DNA of 32,000 nucleotides from Bdellovibrionales bacterium (GTDB lineage Bacteria; Bdellovibrionota; Bdellovibrionia; Bdellovibrionales; UBA1609): NCBI GenBank assembly GCA_963692945.1, contig OY843585.1, positions 210,001 to 242,000 of the forward strand, read 5' to 3'. Shown piece by piece: positions 23,641 to 32,000 of this stretch (position 1 is its first letter; each line of letters starts with the position of its first letter). The notes under the pieces were generated by a model. It saw only the letters and a program-made list of their open reading frames with translations, ran no database searches and was not told where the DNA came from. The position numbers and the translations under genes were made by a program.

Positions 23641-24936
23641 TTGTTGAAACAAAAAATCTTTATTTCGGACTTAAAAAATTTTGAAGGACAAGAGGTTCAT
23701 CTACAAGGGTGGGTCTATCTTCTTCGCTCCTCAGGAAAAATCTCTTTTCTTGTTCTTAGAGATGGAAGTGGTTATTGCCAGTGTATCTTATCGGACAAAT
23801 TTTCTGAAGAGGGGTCTTTAAATCTCTGTAAAGAGTTAACTATTGAAAGTTCTGTTCAAATCATTGGCAAGGTCAAAAAATGGAAGGAAAGTTTTGAAAT
23901 AGAAGTTAAACATTTACATCTTATTTCAAAAAGTCATCCCTATCCTCTAGGGAAAAAATCCCACGGGGTTGATTTTCTTATGAGCCAAAGGCATCTATGG
24001 CTTCGTTCCAAAAAACAAAGGGCTATTATGAACCTCAGAAATGAGCTGATGCAACAAATTCATAGTTTTTTTCAAAAAGAAAATTTTATCCAGATTGATG
24101 CTCCTATTTTAACTCCTAACAGTTGTGAAGGGACTTCCTCTCTTTTCTCTGTTGATTTCTTTGACCAAAAGCAAGTTTATCTCAGTCAAAGTGGACAACT
24201 TTATATGGAAGCTGCGGCCGCAGCTTATGGGAAAGTGTATTGTTTTGGTCCTACCTTTCGGGCTGAAAAATCCAGCACCAGACGACACCTCCTTGAATTT
24301 TGGATGATAGAACCTGAAATGGCTTTCTATGATTATAAAGAAAGCATGCTAGTGGCTACAAAATTTTTAGAACATGTTATTCAAAACACCTTAGAAAAAA
24401 GAAAAGAAGATTTAAAAGTTTTAGAAAGAGACACTCAATTTTTAGAAAAAATTCAAAGTCCTTTTCCAGAAATAAGTTATAAGAAAGCCTGTGAGATTTT
24501 AAAAAGTAAAAATTCTGATTTCAAATCTGGAAAAGACCTCGGAGGAGGTGATGAAACTGTCATTAGCTCTCAATTTGAAAAACCCGTCTTTGTTCATCAT
24601 TACCCAAAAAATATAAAAGCTTTTTACATGAAAGAAGACCCTACAGATTCAAATCTCTCTTTAAGTTTTGATCTCTTAGCGACAGAAGGTTACGGAGAAA
24701 TTATTGGAGGAGGACAAAGGGAAGATTCTTTAGAACTTTTAGAATCTAAAATTCAAGAGCATGGATTGGAAAAAAAACACTTTGAATGGTATTTAGACTT
24801 AAGACGCTACGGAGGATTTCCTCACTCTGGTTTCGGTCTAGGTTTAGAAAGATTGGTTTCTTGGGTGTGCGGTCTAGATCATGTCAGAGAGTCCATTCCT
24901 TTTCCACGCGTTTATGGTCGGTCTTTTTTTGAGTGA
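23641..24936 (+). CDS. asnS: Asparagine--tRNA ligase
   Basis: Class IIb motifs: GPTFRAEKSSTRRHLLEFWMIEPEMAF, GEIIGGGQRE and PHSGFGLGLERLVSWVCGLDHVRESIPFPR. Its 431 aa fit bacterial AsnRS. TTG start (23641 or 23644) after AAGGG. Confidence 0.93.
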   Translation: MLKQKIFISDLKNFEGQEVHLQGWVYLLRSSGKISFLVLRDGSGYCQCILSDKFSEEGSLNLCKELTIESSVQIIGKVKKWKESFEIEVKHLHLISKSHPYPLGKKSHGVDFLMSQRHLWLRSKKQRAIMNLRNELMQQIHSFFQKENFIQIDAPILTPNSCEGTSSLFSVDFFDQKQVYLSQSGQLYMEAAAAAYGKVYCFGPTFRAEKSSTRRHLLEFWMIEPEMAFYDYKESMLVATKFLEHVIQNTLEKRKEDLKVLERDTQFLEKIQSPFPEISYKKACEILKSKNSDFKSGKDLGGGDETVISSQFEKPVFVHHYPKNIKAFYMKEDPTDSNLSLSFDLLATEGYGEIIGGGQREDSLELLESKIQEHGLEKKHFEWYLDLRRYGGFPHSGFGLGLERLVSWVCGLDHVRESIPFPRVYGRSFFE

Positions 24937-24949
24937 TGAACGATAACAA

Positions 24950-25663
24950 CTAAATTCTTTTTCCAATCCAAAGAGAAGCTTCAAAAAAGAAGTACAAAGG
25001 AACCATTAAAAACAACATACTCAAAACATCTGGTGGAGTTACAAGAGCCGACAAAAAAGCAATAACCACAATGGCATAAGGACGAGAGGCTCTAATTTGT
25101 TCTACAGAGAGAACTTTAAGTTTAATTAAAAAAGATAAAATTAAGGGTGTTTCAAAAACCAATCCAAAAACAAAAGCCGTTCTAATAAAAAAAGAAATGT
25201 ATTCTTTAAGAGAAATGTAGGGAAGCTCTCCACTTCCTCCAAATAAAATTAAAAACCGAAAAGCCATAGGGAAAACCAAAAAGTAAATAAACAAAACTCC
25301 TAATAAAAACAGCAAAGATCCACAGCAAACAAAAATAATAGACCATTTTTTTTCTTCTTTATAAAGACCTGGAGAAATAAAATTCCAAATTTGAAACAAC
25401 CAGTAAGGGCAAGAAAGAAGTATAGCAACAAAAAAAACAACTTTTATATAAGACAAAAACTTTTCAATAGGGTTTGTAAAAATAAGATTCCCATCTGTTG
25501 CCGTTAAGTAAGGAGCTATGGGTTGACGTAGGATATCTAAAAGAATGTCTTTAAAAAACCAACAAATGAAAAATCCCACTAGGACACTCATTATAATTTT
25601 AATGATACAGTCTCTAAGTTCTCTAAGATGATCTGTAAAGGAAAGAGATGGACTGTTATTCAT
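24950..25663 (-). CDS. tatC: Twin-arginine translocase subunit TatC
   Basis: FTDHLRELRDCIIK start motif, six hydrophobic segments and PGLYKEEKK. The track ORF opens at TTG 25699. I prefer ATG 25663 (AGAGG 9 nt upstream), which overlaps the upstream tat gene stop by 8 nt. Confidence 0.9.
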   Translation of the reverse strand: MNNSPSLSFTDHLRELRDCIIKIIMSVLVGFFICWFFKDILLDILRQPIAPYLTATDGNLIFTNPIEKFLSYIKVVFFVAILLSCPYWLFQIWNFISPGLYKEEKKWSIIFVCCGSLLFLLGVLFIYFLVFPMAFRFLILFGGSGELPYISLKEYISFFIRTAFVFGLVFETPLILSFLIKLKVLSVEQIRASRPYAIVVIAFLSALVTPPDVLSMLFLMVPLYFFFEASLWIGKRI

Positions 25664-26015
25664 TGTTTTCATCCTCTTTAGGCTGCTCAACCGAAACAAA
25701 ATCCTCTTCTTTTTTTGTCATGTTTTTTGTTGCTGAGCTTACACTTTCTTTGACTTTAGAAAATTGTTCTTTCGCTTCTTGTGAAATGTCATGGATTGGT
25801 TTTTGCACCACCTCTTTTATCTCTTCTTTAACTTTAAAAAAACTTTCTTCTGTTTCCTGTTTGATCTCATTCATTTCTGTTTTTAAGTCTAAGAAGGTTG
25901 TTTTTAAGCTATTTATAACTCTTACAAATTTTCGTGCCGCTTTAGGAAATTCTTCTGGCCCCAATACAAGAAAAGCTACAATCGCTAAAACTAGGATTTC
26001 AAAAAAACCAAACAT
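25656..26015 (-). CDS. TatA/TatB-family twin-arginine translocase subunit
   Basis: MFGFFEILVLAIVAFLVLGPEEFPKAARKF is a single TM with a hinge Gly-Pro and an amphipathic helix, followed by an acidic tail. It sits directly upstream of tatC. The LGP hinge and 119 aa length lean towards TatB. Confidence 0.85.
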   Translation of the reverse strand: MFGFFEILVLAIVAFLVLGPEEFPKAARKFVRVINSLKTTFLDLKTEMNEIKQETEESFFKVKEEIKEVVQKPIHDISQEAKEQFSKVKESVSSATKNMTKKEEDFVSVEQPKEDENNE

Positions 26016-26055
26016 AAATTTATTTTACTAGGGACTGCTCTTGATTTACAAGGTT

Positions 26056-26607
26056 TTAATCTTCTCTATCTTCAGAAATAGTCACTCCTTCTAATATTTT
26101 TTTTAGAGGGTCTTCTTCCTTTTTAAAAAGAGGAAGATGGTTTTCATCAGCCTTAGCCTCTGATTTTTGCTGAATATAAAAAAGAGTTTGTGCTAAAGTT
26201 TTAAACTGTTCAGATAAAGAGTTAAAGATATTGTCTCCTTGATAGTGTTTGGATAAATAATTATAAGCACTTTGCCCCATATCTTCGTAGTAACTAACAT
26301 GGATGATTCGTTTTTCTATAGATACACGAAAAAATCCACTGATGTAAAGGCTTAGATCTCCCATTTTCTTAAACAGATGAATCTTTTCTTGAGAATCGGC
26401 TTCATGAGTCTTGCTATAAAGATCCACCAAAGTGTTTTCATAAGAAGCTCCATTTTCTGTCTTACATTCAAAAAGCCTGTCTGAAAATAAATAAAAATAA
26501 AGAAGCTCAGATAAATAGTTTTTTATTTCAAAAGAAAGAGAAGCGTTGATGGAGTCAATTTCCTTAGAAACATACTTCTTAAAGGATTTTTCACCTGTAA
26601 GTAACAT
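26056..26607 (-). CDS. Hypothetical cytoplasmic protein, first gene of the apparent tat operon
   Basis: 183 aa with no TM or signal sequence and an acidic C-terminus. It ends 40 nt upstream of the TatA/B-family gene on the same strand. No recognisable family. Confidence 0.55.
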   Translation of the reverse strand: MLLTGEKSFKKYVSKEIDSINASLSFEIKNYLSELLYFYLFSDRLFECKTENGASYENTLVDLYSKTHEADSQEKIHLFKKMGDLSLYISGFFRVSIEKRIIHVSYYEDMGQSAYNYLSKHYQGDNIFNSLSEQFKTLAQTLFYIQQKSEAKADENHLPLFKKEEDPLKKILEGVTISEDRED

Positions 26608-26760
26608 ACCCTTATTTTAAACTGCAATAAGCAAAAAAAAAAGTTCTACTTCAATTATTCTTAATAATTAAGACTTTTTATCCCTCTTTAAAAAATTATA
26701 AAGCCTATTAATAAAACTTATAAAGTCCTTACTTTACTCTTTTTTCTAATCAAGATATTC

Positions 26761-26774
26761 TGACAATATTGTCA
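26761..26774. promoter_or_regulatory. Perfect 14 bp palindrome (candidate operator) upstream of hemW-grpE
   Basis: TGACAATATTGTCA is its own reverse complement and is flanked by ATTC on both sides. It ends 20 nt upstream of the hemW TTG start at 26795. Confidence 0.4.
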
Positions 26775-26794
26775 ATTCAAAAAAGGTTTCCTAC

Positions 26795-28024
26795 TTGCAA
26801 AATTCAGATCTCTTTATTTATATCCATATCCCCTATTGCCGTAGTCGTTGCTCTTATTGTGATTTTGTAACTTTTGAAGAAAATAAAATTCTTCCAGTCA
26901 AAGAATATGTTAAAATTCTAAAACAAGAAATTAAAAACAAATCTCCTTTTTTTGAACATCTAAATGTCCAAACGATTTATTTTGGAGGAGGGACACCAAG
27001 TTTAATTCCAGCAGAAAACATCACAGATATTTTGAAAGAAGTAAAACAAAACTATGCCTTAAGCTCTCAACCTGAAATCACTATTGAGGTCAATCCCGGA
27101 ACTTTAGATGAACACAAACTGGATATTTACAAAAAATCAGGCGTCAATCGGTTTAGTCTAGGCGTTCAAACTTTTAACTCTTGGTTTTTGGAAAAAAGCC
27201 ATTGCGCTCATAGTGTAGAAGACTCTCTTGAAACTCTTCATCTGTTTCAAAAAGAAAAATTAAATTTTTCCTTAGATTTAATGTTTGGTTTACCCAAACA
27301 AAATCTTTCCGATTTAAAAATGGATATCTGCCAAGCTCTCTCCTTTGACCCTCCTCATATCAGCCTTTACAACTTAACCGTCCCCTCACAACATGAGTTA
27401 TCTAAAAATCGTCCGTCAGAAGAAGAACAAAAAGATATGTTTCAATGGATAGAGGAAAAACTTAAACCCCAAGGATTAAAAAAATATGAAATTTCTAATT
27501 TTGCAAAACCTCCCTTTTTTTCTAAACACAATGTTGCTTATTGGGAGGGAAAAACGGTTCTTGGTTTTGGCCTGAGTGCTCACTCTTATCTAAGTTCAGA
27601 TTTTAAAGGCTTCCCAGAAAGAAATCTCAAAAATTCCTATGGAATTCGTTTCTGGAATGCCTCTCAAATGCCAACCTATTTACAACAATCGGCTTTAAAA
27701 AATTCTAAAACACCTTTTGATTCTTTAAAAAGCAATCAGGTAGAGTTTTTAACTTCCTATGAATCCCTTACAGATTTTTGCTATACAAGGCTTAGAACTA
27801 AAAAAGGTTTGTGTCTCAAAGAGCTGGCTCACTCCTATCCTCAAAATATTTTTGACTACACTCATTCTAAATTGAAAAAACTGCATTTTGAAAACTGGTT
27901 AGAAAAAAGGAGGTCTTCATTTAGATTAACTAAAAAGGGAGAGATTTTAAGCAATCAGGTTTTTTTAGAGTTGACCTTTTTAAAAAAAGACTTTAGTTCT
28001 TTTAAAGAAACCTCTATAGTGTAA
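26795..28024 (+). CDS. hemW: Radical SAM family heme chaperone HemW / oxygen-independent coproporphyrinogen-III-oxidase-like protein
   Basis: YIHIPYCRSRCSYCDF (CxxxCxxC radical SAM cluster), YFGGGTPS, GVNRFSLGVQTF and a HemN_C-like tail. TTG start with AAAGG upstream. Confidence 0.85.
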   Translation: MQNSDLFIYIHIPYCRSRCSYCDFVTFEENKILPVKEYVKILKQEIKNKSPFFEHLNVQTIYFGGGTPSLIPAENITDILKEVKQNYALSSQPEITIEVNPGTLDEHKLDIYKKSGVNRFSLGVQTFNSWFLEKSHCAHSVEDSLETLHLFQKEKLNFSLDLMFGLPKQNLSDLKMDICQALSFDPPHISLYNLTVPSQHELSKNRPSEEEQKDMFQWIEEKLKPQGLKKYEISNFAKPPFFSKHNVAYWEGKTVLGFGLSAHSYLSSDFKGFPERNLKNSYGIRFWNASQMPTYLQQSALKNSKTPFDSLKSNQVEFLTSYESLTDFCYTRLRTKKGLCLKELAHSYPQNIFDYTHSKLKKLHFENWLEKRRSSFRLTKKGEILSNQVFLELTFLKKDFSSFKETSIV

Positions 28025-28035
28025 GAAATATTTCT

Positions 28036-28620
28036 ATGAAAAAAAATTTAAAAAATTTAAAAAAAAATCAAAGTTTAAAAGCTTCGTTTGGAAAAAATCT
28101 TAAAAAGAAAAAGGATTCTTATCAAGAAACAAAACCAATAAAAGAAGATTTATCTAAAGAAGAACAAATCAAACAACAACTAAAACAAGCTCAAGATAAT
28201 TATCTTTACTTGAAAGCAGAGTTTGAAAATTTCAAAAAACAATCTTTTAAAGAAAAACAAGATATTGTTCGTTATGCAAGTGAATCCTTTATCACTTCTT
28301 TTGTTGAAGATGTTCTAGACGACCTTGAAAGAGCTCTTTCCTCCTCCTCCAATAATGAAACTTTAGAAGAATTTCAAAAAGGGATTGAATTGATCTTAAA
28401 AAAATTACACAAAACTTTCAAAAATTTTGGCATTGAAGTCATTGACCCTGTTGGAAAACCCTTTGACCCAAGCTATCAAGAAGCTTTGAGTCGTGAAAAA
28501 ACTTCTAAAGTGGATGAAGGACATGTCTCCATCACATTTAAAAAGGCTTACAAGCTTCACGATAAAATCATTCGTCCAGCTCAAGTTGTTGTTGCAGAAA
28601 AAGCGACCGAAGATACTTAA
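28036..28620 (+). CDS. grpE: Nucleotide exchange factor GrpE
   Basis: YLYLKAEFENFKKQSFKEKQD matches the GrpE signature (R..AEFENYRKR). The C-terminal beta domain is GKPFDPSYQEALS......KAYKLHDKIIRPAQVVV. Confidence 0.92.
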   Translation: MKKNLKNLKKNQSLKASFGKNLKKKKDSYQETKPIKEDLSKEEQIKQQLKQAQDNYLYLKAEFENFKKQSFKEKQDIVRYASESFITSFVEDVLDDLERALSSSSNNETLEEFQKGIELILKKLHKTFKNFGIEVIDPVGKPFDPSYQEALSREKTSKVDEGHVSITFKKAYKLHDKIIRPAQVVVAEKATEDT

Positions 28621-28645
28621 ATCTCAAAATTTTAGGTTTAAATAA

Positions 28646-29602
28646 ATGAAAACTACACTCAATTATTATCTCATACTCAAAGTTCCTCAGACAGCAAAAC
28701 AAAAAGAGATTCGAGAGGCTTATTTAAACTTAGTTAGAAGATATCATCCTGATAAAAATAAAGGAAATAAGCTTGCTGAAAAAAAGTTTCAACAAATCAA
28801 TACAGCTTACCAAATTTTACAAGATCCAGAAAAAAGAAAAGCCTTTGATACAGAATGGCAGATTTTTCAACAAAGACTTGAAGAACAAAAAAAAAGAAGG
28901 CCTATAAAACCTTCTAAAAAAGAGCGGCCTAGCCCTTTAAAAAAAGAAAGTGCTTTCTTTAAATACATAAAAAGTTTCTTTCAAGAACGACGAGAAGAAA
29001 AACCTATAGACCTAGAAATTCCTCTCTTTGTCTCTTTAAAAGATCTCTGCCAATCTTCTTTAAAAAAAGTCGTTTATTTTAAACCTTATAATGGTAGACA
29101 AAAAAAAGAATCTATAAAGATTACGATTCCAGAAGGGTCTCGGCCAGGAGTTCGGCTTCAATTTAAGGGTAAAGGAGGATCTCATGGAAAACAAATTTCT
29201 GGGAATTTATTTCTTAAAATAGATTTTCCTCCTCATCCTTTTTTTAAAATCAAAGATTATGACATTCATTTAACTTTTCCAATCAAATTCACTGAAGCCT
29301 TTAAAGGATCTAAAAAAGAGATTTTCTCTCCTTACGGGACAGTCTTTCTCGTTATACCCCCTAAAGTTAAACACAATCATATATTTCGGTTAAAGAATCT
29401 AGGACTTCCTAAGGATTCTAAGTCAAAGGGACATTTGTTTGTAAAACTCTTTGTTGATTACCCTAAAGAAAAAAGGATAAAAATTCAAAATGAAATGAAA
29501 AATTTATCTGAAAAAGATAAAAAATCCTATATTGATAAATATGAACTACAAAAAAACATCTATGAAAAAGTTTTAGACTTTGAAAAAAACCCTAAAGCCT
29601 GA
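28646..29602 (+). CDS. J-domain co-chaperone of the CbpA/DnaJ class II type (no zinc-finger domain)
   Basis: The J domain is NYYLILKVPQTAKQKEIREAYLNLVRRYHPDKNKG..AEKKFQQINTAYQILQDPEKRKAFD. The C-terminal DnaJ_C-like beta domains include IKITIPEGSRPGVRLQFKGKG and GNLFLKIDF. There are no CxxCxGxG repeats and no Gly/Phe region. Confidence 0.85.
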   Translation: MKTTLNYYLILKVPQTAKQKEIREAYLNLVRRYHPDKNKGNKLAEKKFQQINTAYQILQDPEKRKAFDTEWQIFQQRLEEQKKRRPIKPSKKERPSPLKKESAFFKYIKSFFQERREEKPIDLEIPLFVSLKDLCQSSLKKVVYFKPYNGRQKKESIKITIPEGSRPGVRLQFKGKGGSHGKQISGNLFLKIDFPPHPFFKIKDYDIHLTFPIKFTEAFKGSKKEIFSPYGTVFLVIPPKVKHNHIFRLKNLGLPKDSKSKGHLFVKLFVDYPKEKRIKIQNEMKNLSEKDKKSYIDKYELQKNIYEKVLDFEKNPKA

Positions 29603-29615
29603 TAAGAAGAATGTA

Positions 29616-31598
29616 ATGCATTGGCTTCAAATTTATAAACCCCTTTTTTGTTTATTGTGTCTGTCCTTTTATATAGGTTGCTCTAGCTTAGAGTATTATA
29701 AAGAAAAGCCCACTCCTCAAATGGCTTCTAAAGAAACTCAAAAAAAATTTTCTATACTAAAGAAAAACTTGAAAAAACAAAAAACCAGTCAATCTCTAAA
29801 AGACCTTGAGGCTTTTATTGCAAAAAATAAAAACAATGAATTAACTCTTGCTGCTTATTTGTTAAAAGCTCATATCCTTTCCAAGCAAAAAAGAACTAAA
29901 GAGGCCTGTATAACCTACAAGCAAGCCACTCAGTTGCCTTTTTCCTATAAAAACGAGAGAAAAGCTTATTTTGGTTTTGCAAGCTGTCTTCTAAAAGAAA
30001 AAAATACAAAAGAAGCTCTTATGGTTTTAGAGTTTCTTATACAAAATCCTAAGGAATCCCTATCCACTAAAAAAAGAGCCTCTCTCATGCAATGGAATGC
30101 TGTAAAAAAGAGAAAAGACTTTAAGAACTGGAGATTAAGATCTCTGTCTTCTTTAATAAAACTTTATCCCAATCACTCCAAACAGGTGTCATGGAAAAAG
30201 AAGGGAGTAAGTCTTATTGATAATCTCAATGAAAAAGATCTTCTAGGTTTTGCAGAAACAACTGAAAACTACAGTTCTTTTAAAGGCTATCTTCTTTACA
30301 AAGCAGGACTCTTCTTTTGGAATAAAAAATCTATTAAAAGATCTAAATACTATTTTACAAGATCTCTTTCTGCACCCTTAGATCTTACTTTACAAAAAGA
30401 AGTAAAATATTACTTACATATATTAATGGCCATCCAAAAAACCAACCCTTATTCTATAGGAGTCATCTTACCTTTAAGTGGACCACGAAAAGTTCTAGGA
30501 CAAAAAATCTTAAGAGGTCTCAACATTGGATTTGGTCTAGAAGAAACGTCTCCATGGCAATTGATTATTATGGATAGCAAGGGACACCCTGATGTCACAA
30601 AAGAATCTGTAGAAAAACTTTTATATGAACATCATGTGATAGGACTGATTGGTGGAGTTGGAAATGAAACGGCAGAGGTTATTGCAGAGATATCTTCTAA
30701 ACTTGGAATCCCGTCTATTTTATTTTCTCAACAAGCCCATCTCACAACAAATAAAAATTTTGTGTTCCAAAATGCCCTCACAAGTCAAAGCCTTATGGAG
30801 CCACTTACAAAAACGATCAGTAAGTCTCCTCTCCGAATAAAAAAAGTTGCTATTCTTGCTCCCAATGATTCTTATGGAAAAGAATACACTGAAGTTTTTA
30901 GTCAAAAATTTAAAGAAAATGGTGGCACCATAACAGATGTTCAAACCTACAAACCAGGAGAGGTTGATTTTAAAACTCCTATAAAAAAACTTGTCCAGCT
31001 CTATGATCTTAAAAAAAGAAAAGAAGAATATAATAAACTCAAAGAAGATTATTTAAAAAAACATCCTTCTTTATCTAAACGATCAAAAAAATTAGACCCT
31101 GAAAAACTTCTAAAACCAAAAATAGATTTTGACGCTCTTTTTATCCCTGATTCTTTAACAACTTTAAAAAAAATAGAAGATCACCTTAAATATTATAGAA
31201 TAAAAAAGATTCACTTATTAGGAACAAATCTTTGGTCAAAAAAACAAATTCCTAAATGGTCAAAAAACAGACCTTTGATTTTTATAAACACCCCTCCTCT
31301 CTCAAATGAAGCCATAAAATCTTCTTCTTTTTTCAAAACCTATAGAAAGATTTTTTCTTCTTATCCTAAGTTTTTTGAACAACAAGCCTACAATACAGCT
31401 ATCACCTTTAAAAAAGCTCTTCAAAATAATGTAAGAACCCGCCTAGACCTTCAAAAAAATCTAGAAGACTTAAATTTGATTCAAGGAGCTCTCTACTCTT
31501 TTAAAATATCCAAGAATCGCTCGTTTATACATCCTCTCGTTATTTTTCGGACAGAAAATGACGAGGTCTTATCTCTGGACTCTATACCAGTTAAATAA
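29616..31598 (+). CDS. LpoA/LppC-like lipoprotein (N-terminal TPR-like domain plus type 1 periplasmic-binding-protein fold)
   Basis: Lipoprotein signal MHWLQIYKPLFCLLCLSFYIGC|SS, using ATG 29616 (the track opens at TTG 29580 inside the previous gene). The helical repeat N-half is followed by a LivJ-like half (IGVILPLSGPRKVLGQKILRGLNIGF, VIGLIGGVGNETAEVIA, VAILAPNDSYGKEYTEVFSQKFKENGGTI). Confidence 0.65.
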   Translation: MHWLQIYKPLFCLLCLSFYIGCSSLEYYKEKPTPQMASKETQKKFSILKKNLKKQKTSQSLKDLEAFIAKNKNNELTLAAYLLKAHILSKQKRTKEACITYKQATQLPFSYKNERKAYFGFASCLLKEKNTKEALMVLEFLIQNPKESLSTKKRASLMQWNAVKKRKDFKNWRLRSLSSLIKLYPNHSKQVSWKKKGVSLIDNLNEKDLLGFAETTENYSSFKGYLLYKAGLFFWNKKSIKRSKYYFTRSLSAPLDLTLQKEVKYYLHILMAIQKTNPYSIGVILPLSGPRKVLGQKILRGLNIGFGLEETSPWQLIIMDSKGHPDVTKESVEKLLYEHHVIGLIGGVGNETAEVIAEISSKLGIPSILFSQQAHLTTNKNFVFQNALTSQSLMEPLTKTISKSPLRIKKVAILAPNDSYGKEYTEVFSQKFKENGGTITDVQTYKPGEVDFKTPIKKLVQLYDLKKRKEEYNKLKEDYLKKHPSLSKRSKKLDPEKLLKPKIDFDALFIPDSLTTLKKIEDHLKYYRIKKIHLLGTNLWSKKQIPKWSKNRPLIFINTPPLSNEAIKSSSFFKTYRKIFSSYPKFFEQQAYNTAITFKKALQNNVRTRLDLQKNLEDLNLIQGALYSFKISKNRSFIHPLVIFRTENDEVLSLDSIPVK

Positions 31599-31663
31599 AA
31601 TTTTTATTTTATTCATTCAATAACTTTTCTAAACATCCGAAAAGATTCTTAGAGGATGAACTT

Positions 31664-32000
31664 ATGAAATTAAATAAACGGTTTCCAAAAAAAATGTCTT
31701 TAATTCCTTTAAAAGACACTATTGTATTACCTCAATCTATACTGTCTGTTTATATCTCTCAAGAAAAATCAAAAGAACTTATCACTTCTGCTTTCAATAA
31801 TAATAAATTTATTTTTACTTCTGCCTATGAATCTTCTGAAGAAAATATAAACAATGTCTATAAAGTGGGTTGTATTTCTTTAATTATGAGAATAAAACCT
31901 ATGGAAGATGGTCGCCTTAAAATAATGATACAAGGCCTTTGCCGTGCAACTATAAAAAATTTCTTAAAGACCTCCTCGCAAGTTGAACTAGATTGTTTCT
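31664..32000 (+). CDS. lon: ATP-dependent protease Lon, N-terminal fragment (continues beyond the window end)
   Basis: It is not in the ORF track because it is open-ended. ATG 31664 follows AGAGGA with 7 nt spacing. The translation MKLNKRFPKKMSLIPLKDTIVLPQSILSVYISQEKSKELI....VYKVGCISLIMRIKPMEDGRLKIMIQGLCRATI is colinear with the E. coli Lon N-domain ([24 protein letters not shown]....[30 protein letters not shown]). Confidence 0.85.
   Translation, partial: MKLNKRFPKKMSLIPLKDTIVLPQSILSVYISQEKSKELITSAFNNNKFIFTSAYESSEENINNVYKVGCISLIMRIKPMEDGRLKIMIQGLCRATIKNFLKTSSQVELDCF

Noticed and set aside
25648-26031. The 127 aa + strand ORF in the track, along with other short antisense ORFs such as 6381..6623, 8597..8794, 10102..10311, 20850..21056, 22382..22621, 24125..24307, 30649..30840, 30720..30944 and the minus-strand ORFs inside 1655..3349 and xseA.
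   Set aside because: All lie entirely within, and antisense or out of frame to, ORFs with strong family signatures. They have low-complexity F/L/S/K-rich compositions typical of AT-rich shadow frames.
1-32000. Mobile elements, integrases, tRNA integration sites, toxin-antitoxin pairs, CRISPR-Cas or known defence-system signatures flanking the 11.5-19.2 kb island.
   Set aside because: I looked for these in the translations and the intergenic regions. I found no transposase, integrase, recombinase or Cas-like sequences, no tRNA, and no flanking direct repeats. The island's accessory status therefore rests on gene content only.

Overview
This is a visibly AT-rich bacterial chromosomal segment, about 90% coding. 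Most of it is housekeeping. It contains a class A PBP (partial), xseA-xseB-ispA, pepP, mreB, comF, the rng-rplU-rpmA-obg-nadD/rsfS block, asnS, a tat operon, hemW-grpE-J-protein, an LpoA-like lipoprotein and the start of lon.

Three things stand out:
- A roughly 7.6 kb accessory block (11.5-19.2 kb) sits between comF and nadD. It encodes only signal-peptide-bearing proteins: two paralogous ankyrin-repeat proteins, a Sel1-repeat protein, a degenerate ankyrin-like protein, a trypsin-like serine protease and two small Cys-containing orphans. It looks like a host-interaction (eukaryote-like effector) island.
- A GC-rich, strongly structured element of about 125 nt (3567-3690) follows a roughly 170 nt A/C-rich low-complexity tract in a 450 bp non-coding gap. 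It is a candidate ncRNA that I could not assign to a class.
- Several smaller oddities: a NadD-RsfS fusion ORF whose 3' end is tandemly reiterated, an orphan 10-Cys type IV pilin-like gene, a secreted Cys-rich coiled-coil orphan, a terminator-like hairpin in a divergent promoter region, and a perfect 14 bp palindrome upstream of the hemW-grpE operon.

I saw no rRNA or tRNA genes, CRISPR arrays, transposases or integrases. All calls come from reading the translations and hand-folding; no database search was run. Taxonomy is not determinable here. The content would fit a host-associated or predatory lineage, but that is inference only.
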